Shown here piece after piece: positions 55,497-64,000 of a stretch of 64,000 nt of DNA (positions are counted from its first letter, which is position 1; each line of letters begins with the position of its first letter). The notes below the pieces were generated by a model. That model was not told the origin of the DNA and ran no database searches. It saw only the letters and a list, made by a program, of their open reading frames with translations. A program made the position numbers and the translations under genes. Origin of the DNA: the human T2T-CHM13v2.0 reference genome, Homo sapiens; NCBI RefSeq assembly GCF_009914755.1, contig NC_060934.1; one strand, written 5' to 3'.

Positions 55497-57288
55497 GCAG
55501 AGGCGCTCCTCACCTCCCAGACGGGGCGGCCGGGCAGAGGTGCTCCTCACCTCCCAGACGGGGCAGCCGGGCAGAGGCGCTCCTCACCTCCCAGATGAAG
55601 GGCGGCCGGGCAGAGGCGCTCCTCACCTCCCAGACGGGGCGGCCGGGCAGAGGCGTTCCCCATTTCCCAGATGGGGTGGCGGCCGGGCAGAGGCACTCCT
55701 CACATCCCAGACGGGGCGGCCGGGCAGAGACGCTCCCCACTTCCCAGACGGGGCGGCCGGGCAGAGACACTCCTCACTTCCCAGATGGGGCGGCTGCCGG
55801 GCAGAGACACTCCTCACTTCCCAGACAGGGCGGCCAGGCAGAGGTGCTCCTCACATTCCAGACGATGGGCAGCCGGGCAGAGGCGCTCCTCAGTTCCCAG
55901 ACGGGGCGGCCAGGCAGAGGCGCCCCTCACCTCCCAGATGGGGCAGCCGGGCAGAGGCACTCCCCATTTCCCAGATGGGGTGGCAGCTGGGCAGAGGCGC
56001 TCCTCACATCCCAGACGGGGCAGCCGGGCAGAGACGCTCCCCACTTCCCAGATGGGGCAGCTGGGCAGAGACACTCCTCACTTCTCAGATGGGGCGGCCA
56101 ATCAGAGGCGCTCCTCACCTCCCAGACGGGGTGGCCGGGCAGAGGCGCTCCCCATTTCCCAGATGGGGTGGCGGCTGGGCAGAGGCGCTCCTCACATCCC
56201 AGATGATGGGCGGCCGGGCAGAGGCACTCCTCACTTCCCAGACGGGGCGGCCGGGCAGAGGCACTCCCCACTTCCCAGACGGGGCAGCTGCCGGGCAGAG
56301 GCGCTCCTCACTTCTCAGACGGGGCGGCCGGGCAGAGGCGCTCCCCACTTCCCAGACGGGGTGGCTGCTGGGCAGAGGCGCGCCTCACTTCTCAGACGGG
56401 GCGGCCAGGCAGAGGTGCTCCTCACCTCCCAGATGGGGCGGCCGGGCAGAGGCGCTCTTCACATCACAGATTGGGGCGGCCGGGCAGAGGCGTTCCCCAT
56501 TTCCCAGATGGGGTGGCGGCCGGGCAGAGGCACTCCTCACATCCCAGACAGGGCAGCCGGGCAGAGACGCTCCCCACTTCCCAGACGGGGCAGCCGGGCA
56601 GAGATGCTCCTCACCTCCCAGACGGGGCGGCCGCCAGGCAGAGGCACTCCTCACTTCCCAGACAGGGAGGCCAGGCAGAGGTGCTCCTCACATTCCAGAC
56701 GATGGGCGGCCGGGCAGAGGCGCTCCCCATTTCCCAGATGGGGTGGTGGCCGGGCAGAGGCACTCCTCACATCCCAGACGGGGCGGCCGGGCAGAGGCGC
56801 TCCTCACATCCCAGACGGGGCGGCCCGGCAGAGGCGCTCCTCACTTCCCAGACGGGGCGGCCGGGCAGAGGCGCTCCTCACTTCCCAGACGGGGCGGCCG
56901 GGCAGAGGCGCTCCTCACTTCCCAGACGGGGCGGCCGGGCAGAGGCGCTCCCCACTTCCCAGACAGGGTGGCTGCCGGGCAGAGACGCTCCCCACTTCCC
57001 AGACGGGGTGGCTGTGCAGAGACGCTCCTCACTTCCCAGACGGGGTGGCTGCTGGGCAGAGGCGCTCCTCACTTCCCAGATGGGGCAGCTGCCGAGCAGA
57101 GGCGCTCCTCACTTCCCAGATGGGGCACCCAGGCAGAGGTGCTCCTCACATTCCAGACGATGGGCGGCTGGGCAGAGGCGCTCCCCATTTCCCAGATGGG
57201 GTGGTGGCTGGGCAGAGGCGCTCCTCACATCCCAGACAGGGCGGCCGGGCAGAGACACTTCCTAGACGGGGTGGCGGCCGGGCAGAGG
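55490..57288 (-). repeat. SVA GC-rich VNTR (~37-40 bp units)
   Basis: Tandem GGGCAGAGGCGCTCCTCACTTCCCAGACGGGGCGGCC-type units. Confidence 0.97.
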
Positions 57289-57747
57289 CTGTAATCTTAG
57301 CACTTTGGGAGGCCAAGGCAGGCGGCTGGGAGGTGGAGGTTGTAGCGAGCCGAGATCACGCCACTGCACTCCAGCCTGGGCAACATTGAGCATTGAGTGA
57401 GCGAGACTCCATCTGCAATCCCAGCACCTCAGGAGGCCGAGGCAGGCAGAACAGGAGCTGGAGGTCAGGAGCTGGAGACCAGCCCGGCCAACACGGTGAA
57501 ACCCCATCTCCACCAAAAATACAAAAACCAGTTAGGCCTGGCGGTGTGTGCCTGCAATCCCAGGCACTCGGCAGGCCGAGGCAGGAGAATCACGGGAGCC
57601 CGAGGCAGGGAGGTTGCAATGAGCCGAGATCACGGCAGTACAGTCCAGCCTCAGCAACAGAGGGAGACCGTGGAAAGAAAGAGAGAAGAGAGAAGAGAGG
57701 AGGGAGGGGGAGGGGGAGGGGAAGGGGGGAGAGGGAGAGGGAGAGAG

Positions 57748-58036
57748 TTGTTTGTTTGAGACGGAGTCTCCTTCTGTCACCAGGTTGGAGTGCAGTGGCG
57801 TGATCTCAGCTCACTGCAACCTCTGCCCTCCTGGGTTCAAGCGATTCTCCTGCCTCAGCCTCCCTAGTAGCTGGGATTACAGGCGCACGCCACCACGCCC
57901 GCTAATTTTTGTATTTTTAGTAGAGACAGGGTTTCACCATGTTGGCCAGGATGGTCTCAATCTCTTGACCTCATGACCTGCCCACCTCAGCCTCCCAAAG
58001 TGCCGGGATTACAGGCATGAGCCACTGCGCCCAGCC
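57748..58036 (-). mobile_element. AluS whose A-tail hosts the SVA
   Basis: Alu body abuts the SVA 5' end; the rest of its tail and its TSD lie at ~54897-54921. Confidence 0.85.
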
Positions 58037-58395
58037 AAGGAATGAGTTTTAAATGAGCAAAGACAATCATGATTGCCAGTGATTTTTTTCAGTCATGTAA
58101 ATGTGATACAGTACTGTCCCTCTAGCAGGGAAGGCTGCTAGAGGGTTTCTGGAACATTTTTCCTTTATCTTAGGAAGAGTATAGTTCTGGATGCTTGTTT
58201 GAAGTCACAGAGATTTGGGGGCTGTTCGTTACAGCAGCATAATCTAGCAAGAGCTGATTAATACAAATGGCTAACAGTGCTGCAGTTTTCTTATGAGATC
58301 TCCACCATGAGGAGAGTTTGCCTGGGAACCAAGCTGCCATGCAGAAATCAGCAAAACAGAAAGATGGAAATAACTTGTGTTCTTAAGATATTATT

Positions 58396-58727
<332 letters not shown>

Positions 58728-58861
58728 TTAACTAACCCCGGAACTACTTTGCCTCTGAACTTCTTGTCTCATTAGATAATAAATTCCTTCTATTAAACCA
58801 GTTTAAATGGAAAGTTTCTATGACTCAAAACCAAAAATATCTTGGGTAAGACAGACTGGTA

Positions 58862-59895
<1,034 letters not shown>

Positions 59896-60347
59896 ACAAT
59901 TATAAAAGCAAATATATCTTTTTTCCAAACAAAGTTTGAGACATCTGAGATTAAGTTACTCCAAACTTTGTACATAGGATGGTGTATCAACTAAAGTCAA
60001 CCAGAGAAACAAAAGCTACTCAAAGTGTTTAAGACAGGAACTTTAAGGCAGGGAATTGGTCAACAGGTAATAGAAGAGTTGAGAAACCAAATAGAGATTG
60101 GCAATGGCAGGAAGCCACTATCATCTTTAGGCTGGAGAGATGGGAGGAAGAGGCACAGTCACCCAAAGGGAGGAGCGCAGGGTCTCTGGGTGGAGCTGGC
60201 AGCACAGTGGGCCTGTTCATCTGTACAGAGTTGCTGCTGGAGATGCTGCCTAGGGCAGAAAAGGAAGGGAGACACACCCCTTCCCTTCCTCAACCACTCC
60301 AATCTCCTGCCTGTGTCTCCATTGGCTGGGCCCCAGTGGAAGCCAGC

Positions 60348-62200
<1,853 letters not shown>

Positions 62201-62329
62201 TTCCCCCAGTTCAAAAGTGAATTCACCATTTCTCCCTTGAGTCTTCTATCTCAGTTAATGAGGCAGTATCTGCCCAGTCAGCCAACCTGGAAGTTCCTCT
62301 GGGCTCTTCCTGGTTGACCTCTGCAGCAG

Positions 62330-63460
62330 CCACTGGTGGTACCCACCTAACACCTGTTCACTCTCTCTTCCTCCTTTCTAACAGTACTCTGCTCAGAGAC
62401 ATGCCTCCACCTACCACCCCTAACTCAGTGCCATCTCCAGCCCTGGACACGGATCCTGATCAGTCTAAGTTCATCACAGTTGTTTCATTCCTCATGCCCG
62501 TGACTGGTTTGGTCACGGGTATGTGACACAGTTCTGGCCGTAGCAATGTAAGGGGAGCTGTGAAAGAGGCTTCTGGGAAAGGATCTCTTGCATCTATGAG
62601 AGATACATAGGAGGAGGCCCACTCTTCTTCTGTTGGACATTGTCATAGAAATTTGCCAACCACTGCCTTACAAGCTGGAAGAGAGGTAGACTTAGGTAAT
62701 ATTGATAAATCTACAATGAAGATGCATAGTGGGAAAACTTTAACTCTTGATGGTGTCATTAAACTGCTGAATTAACAACCCTGGAGCTTCCCTTCCTCAG
62801 GTCTTGTAATGTGAGATAATAAATTGACTTTGTTGTGCTGTCCTGTTTAAACCAGTTTGATTCAGGGTATTCTGTTTCTTGCAGCTGAAAAACATTCTAA
62901 TGGATACAACTTCTCAACAGCCTTTCACCCTTTCCCCAGACTAATTAAACTGGGGATTGACTCTAGGTCCAGGGTGGGCATTGATTTGTCCAAATCATTA
63001 TAATCTCATCTTCATTAACTGTTCAGGAACCCCATCCCAGAACATGGGATTCAGAATGTGGCATTCCCCTGGCCTTAGGGATGGGTTCAGGAATAGGTAC
63101 CTCACCTAATAATTTGAGCCATTGAGAGTTTGCCACTGCTTGCTCTTAGAGAAACTCATGATGATAGAGATTCCTGTCCCCTCCCCGCTTCTCTGAGTCG
63201 ATGTAAACAAGGAAGCAAGGAGCTTTGATTGCTAGTGGCCACATTCTACACCCTGAGGGAAGCCAGACTGAGGATGAAGGTCACGTGGGGTAGATGGAAG
63301 AGCAGAGGAATGGAGATGACCTGGGTCCCTGAAGACATTGTTGAGCCCCTGGACCAACCAGTCCTCTGCACTTAGCTGTTATGTGAGCCATTATATTCTT
63401 TTTAGTTTAAGCCAGTTTGAGTCAAGTTTCTGTTACTGGCAACTAAAAGCATCATAGGTG
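62330..63460 (+). mobile_element. Ancient ERVL/MaLR LTR fragments
   Basis: TGTGACACAGTTCTGGCC and GTTTAAGCCAGTTTGAGT..TTCTGTTACT..CAACTAAAAGCATC end motifs, present twice. Confidence 0.5.
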
Positions 63461-64000
63461 ATGACCCATCCTGCCACATCCTCCCAGGCCAGGCAACATT
63501 GAACTGATCTGTCAAACATCTCTTGAATTTGTTGTTTCTTCTCTATCCCTATTGCCTTAGCCAATCCCAGATTTCTCACCTGAATGCCTGTAAATACCTC
63601 CGGCCTTACTGGCCTCCAGCTCCCTTTCCCTTTAGTGTACTCTACATGCTGCCAACATTAGCTCTAGAAGATGAAGGTCTCCGTGCATCCCTTTCCTGCT
63701 TCAAACCCTCATCTCTAAGTGGTGGTCCCAAACTCAGTCTCTAAGACTTATTTCAGGCTTCTTATGGGAACCCTTTTCTGACACCCCTCTGGCTGTTCCC
63801 TAACTTTTTTGACCGACCATGGTACCTGATTGTAGGTTTTTCTGTTTTCTGTCTCTGCTCACTGGACTGTGGAGAGGTCCAATGTTCCCAGACTCAACAG
63901 ACACTAAGTATGTTGAGTTCATGTTAACATGCTAGAATTAAGTTTCACCTAAACTGTCACAAATATTTATAAATGTGGAGTTAACAAAACAGGTAATTTG

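Noticed and set aside
55490-57288. CRISPR-like array or novel repeat gene
   Set aside because: Tandem units without unique spacers in a eukaryotic context; this is the SVA VNTR

Overview
Hominoid, most likely human, genomic DNA that is very rich in Alu repeats. It holds the complete PPA1 gene (cytosolic inorganic pyrophosphatase) on the minus strand. I resolved 11 coding exons to the base, all with GT-AG introns; they sum to 870 nt (289 aa + stop). The CpG-island promoter lies at ~49.2-50.7 kb and the AATAAA at 19735-19740. Downstream of the gene (left) are a fragmented ancient L1M carrying a 3'-truncated RPS25 processed pseudogene and an MLT1 LTR with nested insertions. About 4.7 kb upstream is a full-length old-type (SVA_A-like) SVA in the same orientation as PPA1. 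The most interesting signals are: (1) a CATG in the SVA that opens an AUG-initiated 73-aa HERV-K Np9-like ORF on the minus strand and a 599-aa VNTR repeat ORF on the plus strand; (2) a tailless retrocopy of the 5' half of tRNA-Gly(GCC) between 15-bp target-site duplications in intron 2; (3) a recursive-splice-type AG|GTATGT junction at PPA1 exon 6; (4) a strong splice acceptor and an in-frame CUG in the PPA1 5' UTR; (5) two locally templated insertions and a chimeric L1 insertion. Repeat family names and their boundaries come from remembered consensus sequences and are approximate. Nothing here was confirmed by a database search.
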